The notes beneath the pieces were generated by a model. The model was not told where the DNA came from. It saw only the letters and a program-made list of their open reading frames with translations, and did not search any database. This document shows positions 13,130 through 27,154 of a DNA stretch of 64,000 nt, in pieces. Source of the stretch: Eledone cirrhosa (Eukaryota); NCBI GenBank assembly GCA_964016885.1, contig OZ024740.1, forward strand, positions 54,374,001 through 54,438,000, given 5' to 3'. Position 1 is the first letter of the stretch; each line of letters starts with the position of its first letter. A program made the position numbers and the translations under genes.

Positions 13130-15660
13130 GATCACAACCCACACAAAACCTATTCCCAAACCGTAGACCCCTGGCCACACAGAGCCTGTTCCGAGACCGT
13201 AGATCCCAACCCACACAAAGGAACAAAATCTACAACCCGGACTATCAACAAACCGAACCGCATTACGTCCGAAACTTCTATACAAGACCACACAACAACA
13301 GGAGAAATACCATTAGATATAATAATATCTTTGAAAAAACATTCCAGAAAAATCATTTTTTAGACCAAGGCTACAGGACCCCCAACACCCGGGGGCACAA
13401 ACCGATTTTGAAAAACCGAAAATAATCAACCGTTCAAATACAAACCTCTCAACCCAACAAGTAAAAATTATCCCCAAAGGACTGAAATTCACACCAATAC
13501 CACAATACTCTAACCCCAATGAGATAAATGAAGATATATCACACTTCTGTAGAAAATTACGTCTCACAGAGGAATTCTTTGACAAGGAGAATAACGACGA
13601 ATCAATTGTACGGAATAACATCAGCTACAACCCAACAAAATGTAGAAACAGAGTTCTGGACAAATTGTGTGACCACATAGCTACTTTCCCATACCATGAA
13701 CTACCGCAACCTAAACCCAAACCCAACACGAGTCGAAGGGAATGGTAGATTATCCATGAACTAAAAAACAATACGGACATTATAATTAAGGAAGCGGATA
13801 AGGGAAGTACTGTTGTCATTATGGATGCTGAAAAATATAAACATTCTATGGTCTCTCTCTTACAAAATACTAATTACTATGAAAGAGTAAAAAACTACCA
13901 GCAATCAAAAACAATGACCAGATTAAACACACTGATTTATCGATACTAGGAAGACCTATCTAAATAGGAACGCGATTATTTAACACATTTTGAATACAAA
14001 ACCAGCAACCATTACGGACTTCCGAAGATCCACAAGTGTAAAATAATTAACGATGCCTGTAAACAATCAACCTCAGCCTGCGTGAACACACAATAACCCA
14101 CAGACCTTAAATTAAGACCAATTGTAGCGGGCCACAATGTGAAACACACAGACTGAGCAACTTTATAGATATACTACTAAAACCAATTCTTAAACACATA
14201 CCAAGACTTGTAAGAGACGATCTGGACCTCTTAAACCACCTCCCCAAACATGTCAACAACGACACTATTATTGTGTCTTTCGATGTAGTGAATCTCTACA
14301 CAACGATCCCACACCAATACGGACTAGAAGCAATAGGATTCTGGCTAGAGAAATATCCCAATAAGATACCCGGCAGAATAGTAAAAAGCTTCATCACCGA
14401 GGGATTAAAACTCATCTTACAGTACAACTTTTTTGATTTCGATGGCAGTACTTACAAGCAAATATCGGGGACTGCGATGGGTACAAATGCCGCTCCAACT
14501 TATGCCAACTTAGTTATTGCATACATAGAAGTCCAGATATATGAACAGTCCAAATCAAAATACGGATTGAACTTCCACAAATATTCATCAGTGAATTGGA
14601 AACGCTACTTGGATGATTGTCTCATTCTTTGGTCCCACACACTCGACCAACTGAAGGATTTCAAAAACTTAATAAACGGCATCAATAACCTCATACAATT
14701 CACAATGGCATACAGCCAAGATCAACTCCCATTGCTGGACATCTTAATCTTAAAAAAGACACACATATTGAAACTGACATACACTACAAACCAACAGATT
14801 CCAAACAATACCTGCTATTCACCTCCAGCCATCCAAAGCACACGAAGACAAACATTCCTTTTAACCCTGCAAGAAGAATTTGCACAATTGTCTCCAATTA
14901 TGAAACGCGAAATAAAAGACTTCAAGAATTAAAGGAAATTCTACTCGAGAGAGAGAGTACCCACCATTACTAATGAATAATGGAATAGAAAGGGCTAAAG
15001 CAATAGTCATTGATGAATTACGAAAACAGAAACAAATTCAAGGTACGTCCAATATTCTATCATATATCTCAATACACAACCCAAGAAATGTGGAAGCTTA
15101 CAACACTACTCACAAGAACATCCCACTACTAAAACAAAACCCAAGAATGAAAAAAACCCTTGAAACACAAAATAATCAAAAGCAAAAGACAACCGAAATC
15201 ACTGAAAACATTACTCACCAATGCCAAATTACCTACCACAAACCCACAACCAACTGTCAAAAAATGTGGTCGCTCTAACTGTTGAACCTGCACTCACCTC
15301 ATTGAAGGCATGACGTATACATTTAAATCAGGACAAAGTTTTGCTGTAAAAAATCACTTCACTTGCTCATCAAAAAATCTAATTTATGCCATTAAATGTA
15401 AAGGATGCAATGAAGATTATATAGGACAAACTAAACTCACACTTAGAAACAGAATGACAGTTCAACGCCAACAATTACGAGATCCAACCACGAGACAGAT
15501 ACCACTAAGCGCACATCTAGATATATGCGCAAGTAATAAGACACCCAAATTCCAAGTCTTCCCATTTTACCTTTGCACTAACAATACCATAGAATAAATA
15601 CGAATAAATAAGGAAAATATGTTTATTCAAAAATATAGACCAGCATTAAATATGGTTTAA
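13130..15660 (+). mobile_element. Penelope-like retroelement, Neptune-like, disrupted RT + GIY-YIG endonuclease
   Basis: Motifs KGLKFTP, KEADKGS, YGLPKIHK, SFDVVNLYTTIP, GTAMGT.AAPTYANL, KRYLDD, a Cys linker CGRSNC*TC, then NLIYAIKCKGCNEDYIGQT. Multiple stops and frameshifts. Confidence 0.9.
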
Positions 15661-16199
15661 TATACATTATGTCAACACCATAACATGCTAACCATCCAAA
15701 CAGACACATACACACACACACACACACATATCATCTTCTACTTTAGAAAATAAAAACCCGAAATAAATAAACCTTAACATACGTTTGCGCTGACAATACA
15801 ACAGAACAAATACGAATAAGTACGGAAAATATGTTCATTCAAAAATATTCCTACTAAAGGAATCATTTTATTACACACACACACACACGCAATATACATA
15901 TATATATATTCTCTTCATCGAAACATGCTAACCATACTCCTACACACATAACCTCCATACACACACATAACAACCCCCACACACACACACAACTCCCTCC
16001 CCCATTTATACTAATAGAATCACTTTCCTACACACATATATACACACACACAAAATATATATATTCTCTCCATCTTAACATACTCCCACACATACACACA
16101 CACACATAACAGCCATATACACACACACAATCCCTCCCCCATTTCTACTAATAGAATCATCTTCCAATACACACACACACAAGCACACAAATAACCATA

Positions 16200-16517
16200 C
16201 ATATCTTTACTCTCTTTATTTCAAGCGAAAATCTGAATTCTGACACCCCAGTGAACTAACCATATTCACTAAACCAGAACAATTCTCCCATCCCATTTCT
16301 CTTGACCATTATCTTTTGCTTGTCATAAAATTCTCTAAAAAGGCTACAGAATAGATTTCCAAATAAGGGCGCGAAAATTTAATGAAAACTTGTTCACGTG
16401 ACAGCAATAATTTCATTTATAACCAATCAAATTACGCTTATTAAAAAAGCCTTCGTCAGCCCCTTTTTTTAAGTAAAAAGAAATTCAAACACAAACACAC
16501 ACGCGCGCGCGCGCACG

Positions 16518-16588
<71 letters not shown>

Positions 16589-16930
16589 ACACACACACCA
16601 CACACACACTCAAGCACACAAATAGACATACATATCTTTACTTTCTCTATTTCAATAGGAAATCTGAATTCTGACACCCCAGCGAACTAACCATATTCAC
16701 TGAACCAGAACAATTCTCCCATCCCATTTCTCTTGACCATTATCTTTTGCTTGTCATAACATTCTCTGAAAAGGCTACAGAATAGATTTCCAAATAAGGG
16801 CACGAAATTTAATTGAAACTTGTTCACGTGACAGCCATAATTTCATTTATAACCAATCAAATTACGTTTATTAAAAAAAAAGCCTTCGTGAGCCCCCTTT
16901 TTTTGAAGTAAAAAGAAATTCAAACACTCA
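16200..16930 (+). repeat. Direct repeat (~290-bp units, 431-bp period) separated by (CA)n, downstream of the Penelope ORF
   Basis: catatctttact...aagaaattcaaacac starts at both 16200 and 16631. Confidence 0.85.
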
Positions 16931-17139
16931 TATATGAAAACACAACCTGAGCCCCCCCCCCCCTTGTTTGAAGAACTTTCTAACGCGAACTGGCGCGAAA
17001 TTTATTATAATTATTGACCAGCAAATCAATTATTTCTCTAAAAACCTCACATTTCAAGCCACTTTTTTCTATATAAAACAAGTAACATTCAAAGACCAAC
17101 CAGATGTGACAAAAACCAGAGACCCTCCATCTCAACTCT

Positions 17140-17179
17140 ACGTTTGAAAAGCAGAAGAACTGCGAAACCGGTAAAGGAA
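17140..17179 (+). ncRNA. Decayed hammerhead motif at the probable 3' end of the Neptune-like element
   Basis: TTGAAAA (for CTGAAGA)-gcag-aagaa-ctgc-GAAA-ccgg-TA-aagga, followed by aataaa and (TA)n. Confidence 0.45.
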
Positions 17180-17250
17180 CCAAATAAATATATATATATT
17201 TTTTTAAATAAGATTCCAGTTGCATTTTCGATTTCAACTTTATATTTATA

Positions 17251-17390
<140 letters not shown>

Positions 17391-17804
17391 CATATGTAAA
17401 GTTGAGGTGTGTATTATATATATGTAGTTTTAACAAGTTATATAATGTCATAGTCATTATTCATGAGACCTACATTGACAATCATCACATTTACAGACAG
17501 ACATAGACGCACACACATATATATATGCGCGTGTGTGTGTGTGTATGTATATATATACAGAGGGAGAGTGTGTGTCAGAGAACGTGAGAGATGTATACCT
17601 ATATATAAGTGCACAGATATTTTCTACGTTACATATGTCATGATAAATCTTTTTACATCCATTTTTACCTACTAAGGTCATTTTAATTTAGTAGCACTCA
17701 AATTACCATTTGAAGCATCAAACAGAATATTGTGCAAATATTATCTTAGGTAAAATATTCTATAATTAGGGGGCTTTAATCGCAATCATGAGGCTAGAAA
17801 ATAC

Positions 17805-17892
<88 letters not shown>

Positions 17893-18519
17893 AATAAAAT
17901 AATCAGCACAATGGAGGTGATTTGAGACGGTGTAAAATTTAGACATAAAAATGTGGCTTCATATCTACTGAAATATTGCAATCAGATCCTTGATTAGGAA
18001 GTAATAAAAATATCGTGTATCTTTGCTGACAATCATCTATATTATCCAACATGAATGTCACCGTTTAGTTAGTTAATTCTAACTCGTACGGAAGGTAGGA
18101 GGGTATACCCGAATATGTAAAGGAAATCATGGTCATGGAAACAGAGAAGATATTTTCATGAACAGACGATAGTAATTGAAAGAAATCTTCGTATATCTGA
18201 GTACAAAAAATAAAGATCTACTCTCACATTTCTATTTATCAATCTTCCTATCTCTATGCCTATTTATATATAAATATATATATATTACGTATATTTATAG
18301 GCACACACAGACACAGGCACAGACCGACACACACACACAAACACACACACACACACATACACACTGACACACAAATATATATATATATATATATATATAC
18401 ATGCATGCATGCATACATACATGCATGCATTAATACATATATACATACATACTTTCATATATATAATATATATATATATATATATAAACAGAGAGATATA
18501 GAGGGAGAGAGAGAAAAAG

Positions 18520-18647
<128 letters not shown>

Positions 18648-19570
18648 ATAGTTTATAAATGAAACAAAACAAACACAGAGATGTAAACATTCATAGTTAT
18701 ATTAGGATCAGGCTCGGGGGGAATGGAAGAGGGTTCGCTGTTTGGAAAAGAAGTCCTTCATTAGGAAAGTTCTGATAGGCGGAGAATGAGCAGGTATGAG
18801 AAAGTTAGGAAAGGAAGTTAGGAAAAGGGTATTGGGAGGAGATTGATAGGTTGAGGCTGGTACGCAAAATATCTTGCCTTGTAGAGTGGGGACCGAATTG
18901 GAGTCTACAGGGGTGTCATGGTTATGGTTGCGTATATGCCGAAGGAATGAAATTGGGAGTTGAGTGTTGCTTCAGTCTGTGTGTTTGTGTGTGAACACGC
19001 GGATGTCACAGAGTCTTATAGTGTTGGTGTGTGCATAGTTGTGTGTGTATGACTGAATTCTTTGGGGTTTTTTTAGTGCACATGTCGGCGTGTGTGCGGT
19101 TTTTCTGTTGTTTCTATGTATGTGAATGCGTACGATTTTGTGTCTGTGAATATTTTCACGTAACTGACGGATGAATCTGTGTGTGTGTGTGTGCCTACAC
19201 GCGTGTGTGTGTGTGTGCGGGTAACCTTTTTCTATTGTTTCCTCTGTCTGTGAATATATACGTTTGTGTGTGTGTCTATATCTGAGTGTGTGTATGTGTG
19301 TCTTCGCGTTTGTTGGTGGCTTTGTATTTTCTGTAGAGGGAAGCTTTTGTGTACGTGTGTGTTTTTTATGTTTGGGTATGTGTATGAGAGCCTGTGCGTT
19401 TATGTGACTTTATGTATTGTTTCAATGAATGATGGTAGATTGTAATGTACCTCAGTTATTTGGTACGCAATCGCTGCTATAAGTATTTCGATGATTATGT
19501 AACAGTTACGACCTCATGAGGCAGGTATTTCTTGAAAGAAATTCATATGAATACAACTTACATGAACGAA

Positions 19571-19757
19571 ATAATTGTTTCTACTTTTGGCACAAGGCCA
19601 GCAATTACCCAGTGCATTACTGGTACTTTATTTTATCGACCCCGTAAGGATGAAAGGCAAAGTCAACCTCGGCGGGATTTGAACTCAGATCGTAAAGGGA
19701 CGTAACTATGCTGGAAAGCATGGCGTCCGACCCTCTACCGATACTGCCAATCCACCG
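19571..19757 (-). mobile_element. tRNA-derived SINE, family A
   Basis: Colinear with 1463-1653. Confidence 0.85.
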
Positions 19758-20239
19758 AAATAATATGTACAAAAATAAAAATTACTCGTGCAGTTCCTAT
19801 ATAGTGATATGACACGGGCTGATTATAGATATTGTCCCTCAAAGCCCTGCTGACTAATGCCGGTTGACCAACTAACACAAAATATACGGAGTATATAATA
19901 TATATATATTGTCGGTAAATTTGAACCCTAACTCATTATGGATTTGCATGGGCGTTGTGAAATAAGAGGTATATTCATCACATTAAACTTGGTGGATCCA
20001 CCCCTTCCCAAATATCCACAGAGTTGTATTCTTTCAAAGAAAGAGAGAAAGACCGAAAGTGTCTGAGACGGAAGTGTAAATAGATAATGAGCAAGAATTG
20101 ACCCCAACAATATTCTACGAACAGTTTTCGACTTCGAATACTGAAAGTCAAATTAGTCTTTGGCCTTATTGAAATCAGCGCGCCGAGAACCTGAGCTAAT
20201 ATTACAAAGCATTCCAATTCTAAGAACTTTGATATTACA

Positions 20240-20284
<45 letters not shown>

Positions 20285-20290
20285 ATAATA

Positions 20291-20329
<39 letters not shown>

Positions 20330-20330
<1 letters not shown>

Positions 20331-20678
20331 TTGTGGATGTGGCCTGCCCATTCGACACGAGTGTGCAAGAGAAGGAGAGGTAGAAAATTAACCGATACCA
20401 GGACTTAAAGTGGGAGGTAAAAAGGATTTGGAACTGCCATGAAGTCAAAGTGGTCCCGATTGTCATAGGCGCACTAGGTACTATCTCAAAAGGTTTCCAG
20501 GGATGGTTAAAGAAAATTGGCCCGCCACGCTTTTTGGAACGCTTCAAAAGGCATGATTGCTGGGAACAACAAGAACCCTCCTATACGTCCTGAATATTTG
20601 AGGCTGCTGGTAGTGGCTTGATATTCACTTCAACAAACTTTCCAGTTAACTAACATCAATGACTGAGACTCATAGAAC
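20330..20678 (+). mobile_element. R4/Dong-like non-LTR retrotransposon 3' fragment in (AAT)n
   Basis: IVDVACPFDTSVQEKER*KINRYQDLKWEVKRIWNCHEVKVVPIVIGALGTISK matches a restriction-like endonuclease C-terminus. (AAT)n lies on both sides. Confidence 0.8.
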
Positions 20679-20712
<34 letters not shown>

Positions 20713-20915
20713 TAATAAATTCGTTGTGTCTACATATGTCTATTATTTATGTAGTTCGATTGGATTTAATATGATTAGAATAATCAAATATTAGCGATCC
20801 AAGACTGATATGTAATACATACGATGAAACACGTGTAACTGTTACGCAATAAACGTTACTCCCACTCTTCTGAATTGTGATGATTTAAATACATTTGTAA
20901 ATTTACCTCTCTCTT

Positions 20916-20946
<31 letters not shown>

Positions 20947-21024
20947 TTCGCTCTCTCTCCCCCTCTCTCATGTGTATATATATATATATGTTTAAAAGGT
21001 TTATATATATATATGTATTTAAAA

Positions 21025-21061
<37 letters not shown>

Positions 21062-21087
21062 AAACCTTTTAAATACATATATTCATC

Positions 21088-23190
21088 ATGCAGAAACAAC
21101 ATCTGAATATTTCTACAAAGAACATACCCGTACCTTACAGGAAAACATACCTAAAACTCCTGATACAGAAAACAGACGCGTTCATTAAAAGGTTGTGTTG
21201 GCGCGCCTTTTATTTCGATAATCTGCGAAAAGCAGACAACAAACAGGATAAATTTGGATTTAAAACTTATAATAACTCCCCGTGGAACCCAGCATTGCTA
21301 CACTTCGAAAATGATGTCTTGGAACTCATTCGGACCATCAAATTTCGGGATAGGAACAATTCCTTCCAGCAAGACCTGAAGAATAGAATTCGTTCTATTA
21401 AGGATTCTAACGCCGTGCACGTCCATTCCGACAAAACTGGCAACCTATATCAAGTGGAGAGCAGTACTTACCATCAACTACTACATAATGCTGTAACTAA
21501 GGATTACCGTAAAACTAATCGGTGCGTCATCAATGAAATCAACGATGCTGGGTTTAAAATCACATCTGATCTCAACATCCTGGACCGGACCGAACCTTTG
21601 GACCCTATTTCTCCCCACTTTACCCTGAAGGATCACAAATCCAATTTTCCGATCAACCCCACTATTCGGCTTATTAACCCTACGAAGTCCGCTTTAGGTA
21701 GACTTAGTAAAACGATTCTTGATAGAATTATACCTGAAATTAGAAGTTTGGCCCCTCTTGCACTGTGGAACAATTCTTTCGCGTTGATTGATTGGTTCAA
21801 TGGCATATGTAACAAGGAACATTGCCGTTTTATCCAATTCGACATCAACAATTACTACTCTTCCATCACTTTACCACTTCTCCTTAGAGCTATCAATTTC
21901 GCGAAAACACTCACAGTGGTTAAGGATTTCGAAGTCGATGTCATACTCAATGCCCGAAAGTCGGTGATTAATTTCGACGACTCTATTTGGATTAAAAAAT
22001 CCAATAGTACCCCATTCGACGTGAGTATGGGCGCCAGTGACTCTGCGGAGGTTACTGATCTTATTGGTCTTTTCCTTCTTTTCTCTATCAAGGACGAATT
22101 CCCCAACGCGGGCGGTGGTTTGTACCGTGACGATGGTCTTTTGACCATGACTAAGTGCGGACCTCGTGCTTGCGACAGGTTCAGAAAAGAACTCACAGCC
22201 TTCTTTAAAGGCTTCAAGCTCTCTATACAGGTTGAGGCCAATCTCTCGGTCGTTAATTACCTTGACGTTACCCTCAATTTATTGAATGGGTTGTAATACC
22301 CGTATAGAAAGCCGAATGATACGCTTAATTACATAAGCAAGCATTCCAACCATCCTGCCAGCATAACCAAGAACCTGGTAAGAAACGTTTCGTTGAGGCT
22401 TTCCCGTCTTTCCACCAACGAGCGTATTTTCAAGGACCATTCCACTTATTACAATGAAGCTCTTGCTCGAAGTGGATTTGTCGATAAGGTAGATTATACT
22501 GAGTACGAAAATACACCTAGAAGAAATAGATCCCGTCGCATTTGTTGGTTAACCCACCATATAATATGGAGGTGGCCACACCATTAGCTAAGATCTTTCT
22601 TTCCCTTATTACGAAGCATTTTCCCCATACACATAAATATAGTAACATTTTTAATAGAAAGACTATTAAAATTTCTTACTCTACGACTCCTAACCTTGCA
22701 CATAACATCACAGCTTCAAATTTAGCTAAACTACCTAGCCGTAGGAACACGTGCAACCCTGTAGTTAGTACTAACTGTAATTGTAGGAATCGGGCTGATT
22801 GCCCCATATCCGGGAAATGCCTCTCTAGTAACATTGTCTACAAATGTAAGGTTGTAACACCCACGTCCCGTAGGGCCTACATAGGGTTAACCGCCAATAG
22901 TTTCAAGTAGCGACTTTACATGCATACCCATTCTTTTCGTTACCCTCCAAGAAGGAATATGACGTCACTTTCTGCTTATATCTGGAGTCTAAAAGACAAC
23001 CACACCCAATATAAGTTACACTGGGAGATCCGAGCTAGGGCTAGATCGTATAACGGAAATAAAAGACCATGTGACCTCTGCGTCGCTGAGGCCCTGGAAA
23101 TACTCTACGCCACAGACCACATCTTAAACAAAAATATGAGGCAATTTCGGCTTGTAAACATTAATTGCACAAAACTTTCCTGTATTACAG
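21088..23190 (+). mobile_element. Penelope-like retroelement, Naiad-like, near-complete ORF with a few stops and frameshifts
   Basis: STKNIPVP..YLKLLIQK..FIKRLCWRAFYF, TLKDHK.NF...P.IRLINP, FIQFDINNYY, FDVSMG, GLYRDDGL, CNCR...CP..GKCL..NIVYKC, YIGLT, CDLC. Confidence 0.9.
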
Positions 23191-23794
23191 CCCCACTTTA
23201 TACCCTAACGGATAGTACGATCTATACGTGGATATTTTACGTCTTGATGTGGGAGCTAAGTATATGTTTTGTTTATTCCTTTACTTATTTGCATAGGTAA
23301 GTATGTATTACCCGTTTGTTTTGTGAAGGTACGTATACCTTCTCGTTCGTATATTTGGTTGTTTTGGCGTATAATTTTATATATTCTGGTACATAGGGTT
23401 TGGCCATGTGTATACGGGAGTTTTGCGTCTGTGTGAGTATGCGGGTTCGTACGTATGGTGGGTGGGTGTATTGTGTACTTCTTGTATTAGTTGACCTACG
23501 TCTCCGAACATTCGTGTATTTATATGTAGGTATGTGTGTGCGCTTGTTATATACGTATTTATTTATTTATATACGTTTATATAATTATTTATTTATTTGT
23601 ATACACGCATACACACACACACATATTTATATGTGCGTGGTTTTGTATACCTATGGTAAGGTTTTGCGTATGCTTGTGTATGTACGTATTTGTTTGCGTG
23701 TATGTATTTATTTATTTCTATTACTTCTGTATTGTATTTATTTACTTGTTCTTAACTCTGTAGCGGAGATTCATTCGGTCTCCTAGTTAGAATT

Positions 23795-24065
23795 TTAGTC
23801 TACGACTTCTGCTATACCATTTACGTGGTGTTGTCTTTGCGTGCTATTGTTCTCCACGCTCCACATATGACGTATTATCTTCGTTTTTTCGTTCATTGCC
23901 AGAGAATGTCTCTATGCACCACCTAATAGAACATTAGTCTACGACCTCTTTTATACCATAAACGTGGTTCTGTCTTTGCGCGTAATTGTTTTTCACCGCT
24001 CCTATTAATGACGTATTATTCTTTTTTTCCCGTTCTTTGCCAGCGAACGTTTCCACGAACCAAAG
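23795..24065 (+). repeat. ~138-bp diverged tandem duplication in the 3' region of the Naiad-like element
   Basis: ttagtctacgac...gacgtattat...ttgccag occurs twice (from about 23795 and 23934). Confidence 0.75.
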
Positions 24066-24140
24066 TATCGTCTTCCTGTCTTCCTCCGGTTGCAACGTTT
24101 TTTGAAATATCCAGTTCTGCGTTTACAGATTGACTTTGTT

Positions 24141-24191
24141 AGTTTCAGAAGATCCCGTTAAGGGTGAAAGCAGCGATTCTTTGCTTAAACT
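24141..24191 (+). ncRNA. Hammerhead motif with one core substitution, in the 3' pLTR of the Naiad-like element
   Basis: agttt-CAGAAGA-tccc-gttaa-gggt-GAAA-gca...tgc-TT-aaact. Confidence 0.6.
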
Positions 24192-24304
24192 TTAATCTGT
24201 TATTTTAATAAATATTTGCTCTACGGTTCTTATATATTTGATATATATTTATCCTTATCGAGCCCTCTTTGGATTTTAGTCTTCAAAATTATTATTATTA
24301 CTAT

Positions 24305-25044
24305 ACATATATATGAATGTATATATAGTGTATTTTGCAATACACTGTATCCTTAATTAAAAGCATTTCGAAGACCTTACGCTATTGCTTTAGAATAGTG
24401 ACAGTTTCACTCACTTTAAATTTTCAGCAAACAGGAGAGATAAAGCTGACAGAGCTCTGTTTCGTACTTGTTGGTACTTATCAAAGCTAAGTAATCCACC
24501 TGTTTGCTGAAAATCATGAATGTTTGATTCTTATAGAATTCTAGTAATAATCAGGAACTGACTATACAGAACGGTTGCCGGTCAAGCAGAAATTGAAAAT
24601 TAGAATTGGTGCTCTGAAATAGCGATGTATATATGAATGTATATATAGTCTATTTTGCAATACACTGTATGCTTATTTAAAAGCATTTCGACGACCTTAC
24701 GCTATTGTTTTAGAGTAGTGACAGTCTCACTTACTTTAAATTTTCAGCAAAGAGGGAAGATAAAGCTGACAGAGTTCTGTTTCGTACTTTTTGGTACTTA
24801 TCAAAGCTAAGTACTCCACCTGTTTTGCTGACAGAGCTTTGATAAGTACCAAAAAGTACGAAACAGAGCTCTATCAGCTTTATCTCCCATGTTTGCTGAA
24901 CATTTAAAGTAAGTGAGACTGTCACTACTCTAAAACAATAGCGTAAGGTCTTCGAAATGCTTTTAATTAAGCATACAGTGTATTGCAAAATACACTATAT
25001 ATACATTCATATATATATATCGCTATTTCAGAGCACCAATTCTA

Positions 25045-25047
<3 letters not shown>
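24305..25047. repeat. Two direct copies (320-bp period) plus one inverted copy of a hammerhead-bearing module
   Basis: 24305-24510 is repeated at 24627-24830, and 24835-25047 is the reverse complement of about 24597-24808. Hammerhead-like motifs lie at 24444-24488(-), 24764-24808(-) and 24835-24879(+). Confidence 0.85.
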
Positions 25048-25125
<78 letters not shown>

Positions 25126-25209
25126 ATATTGAGTTGAGCAGAACAAGCAAATATTAAACAATCTTTTAAATAAATTAAAATAAGATTTAAATATTCACCT
25201 GTCCAAAAT

Positions 25210-25288
25210 GCTATTACCGACGGTTTCGGTTCACAAAAGATTGGAAATCCTGAGAATTTCCAACAGAAAGATCAGCTCTTCAGATAGC
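25210..25288 (-). ncRNA. Type I hammerhead ribozyme motif
   Basis: Reverse complement: gctat-CTGAAGA-...ttggaaat/atttccaa...-GAAA-ccgtcgg-TA-atagc. The base of stem II is imperfect. Confidence 0.7.
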
Positions 25289-25591
25289 TATTTCTATTCT
25301 ATAGGACGTAAAGTCTCACAGTTTGTAAATATATCTCCCACTGCCAGATAGTATGAGGTCAGGCCGTTAAAGTGACCCACACATAAACTGACCGTTAGTA
25401 AAAGCGGGAATATTATAGACGCGTTGTTTGCCATGCCACTAAAAATAGCAGCACGGTAGAACGTTTTTGTCTCTACACACATGGGAGAATATACATAAAA
25501 TGAGATTAATATCCCCACAGGTACTAAGTACCCACGGAAATATATAGGGCGTCTATAATACATTGTTGTTCAATGGTATTAATTTGAGATA

Positions 25592-25708
<117 letters not shown>

Positions 25709-26839
25709 CATATATATATACATGCCTACATACAGACATACATACTTGAAATTATACCCTATGTTGGAAACTGTAACAATGTAACAAAGAACGAGTAAGC
25801 AGGAAATACATTACCCGAATAAGATAAATATCGTCTTCGCATCTCTCTGTGAACAACAAATCTTTGTCCCAGAATGTGTTTGCTGTAACTGTGCTGACAC
25901 CAAACATACACACACAGATATACACACACACTCGCACACTTATACAAATGTACACACATAATCACACACACATACAATCATACATATATATATATACTCA
26001 CACTTGTGTGTGCGTGTATACACACTGTTTCATTGTCATGGAGTAGGTAGATATAAATATGTGTTGATATTTACTTATCGATTTTAGCTTCCTCACATCA
26101 GTTTATATATTCGCTTGTAATGTACCAGTAATATGCTGTGGTTGCTTCAATCGGATATATAATAATATATTTATGCCATTCGTCATCATCATTTCCATCA
26201 CCTACTTCCTTCAATGTATCATCGTAATGGCAGTCGCCGCCTCCACCGCCATCATCTACACAATGTTATATACGATTCCGAAAACAATTGTCTGACATAT
26301 ATTCCTGACGTCATAATCCTTTGGTAATCGAACCATACTATAATCAAATTTAATAACGGGGAAATTGTTTTAAAGTAGGAGAGCTAATTAAACAGAGTAG
26401 CTAAGGAATCACAAATATTTTGTACATACTTAGACAGACACCCACACACGCGAACACAAGCACATGCGCACAACTACCCCCCCCCCCCCCCATACACACA
26501 TACAGACACACATATATATATATACATATGTGTGGTGTTATTGGTAATATCAATTTCTTAGTTCCCAAATTGCAAAAGATTTTCTGGAATCTATTGAAAT
26601 GAAACAATTGGTAATGTAAATTCAATTAGAGTAAGTTGTTTATTTAATTTCGTTAATATTTTTTTAAACATGAAAGGAAATTTAAGAATTATGGGATATG
26701 TTATTGTTATTTACATATCATCTACTTACATATACTTACACTTATATAATTATATGTTCAGTCTTTTATGTACAATCATGAATGAATATTTATGCATATT
26801 TATAGACACACACACACACGATGCACACGCATGCTCACA

Positions 26840-26916
<77 letters not shown>

Positions 26917-27154
26917 TATATATATACATATACATGAACATACATTTTCAAGTAAGTTGGTAATGCAACCATATTAAGTCTAGGAAAACTTAATGCTCAT
27001 CATGATTTGATTGTCTACAACCAGGTAGGTAATAAAGCATCCAGAATTTTATCCAATGAGTAAAATACAAGGAACAGTAGAGTAATTATTTCACATTAGA
27101 TATATATAAAATACGAAAGTTAAACATGGATTATTACTAAAGCATTTAATTCAT

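Noticed and set aside
15266-15292. In-frame TGA within the Neptune Cys linker (CGRSNC*TC)
   Set aside because: It falls at a non-Cys position in a copy with many other lesions, so simple decay is the likelier explanation.
16330-16820. Possible hammerheads in the 431-bp direct repeats (ctctgaaaagg...cgaaatttaatt)
   Set aside because: The core is mismatched and no convincing stem I or II pairing could be drawn.
18700-19560. GT-rich region resembling a Penelope 3' tail, with gaaattcatatgaata near its end
   Set aside because: No clear ORF motif, and the hammerhead core and stem I are not convincing.
21088-23190. Possible selenocysteine recoding, which is reported for some Naiad elements
   Set aside because: The interrupting stops are TAA (22294-22296) and TAG (22908-22910), and the conserved Cys positions are ordinary TGY codons.
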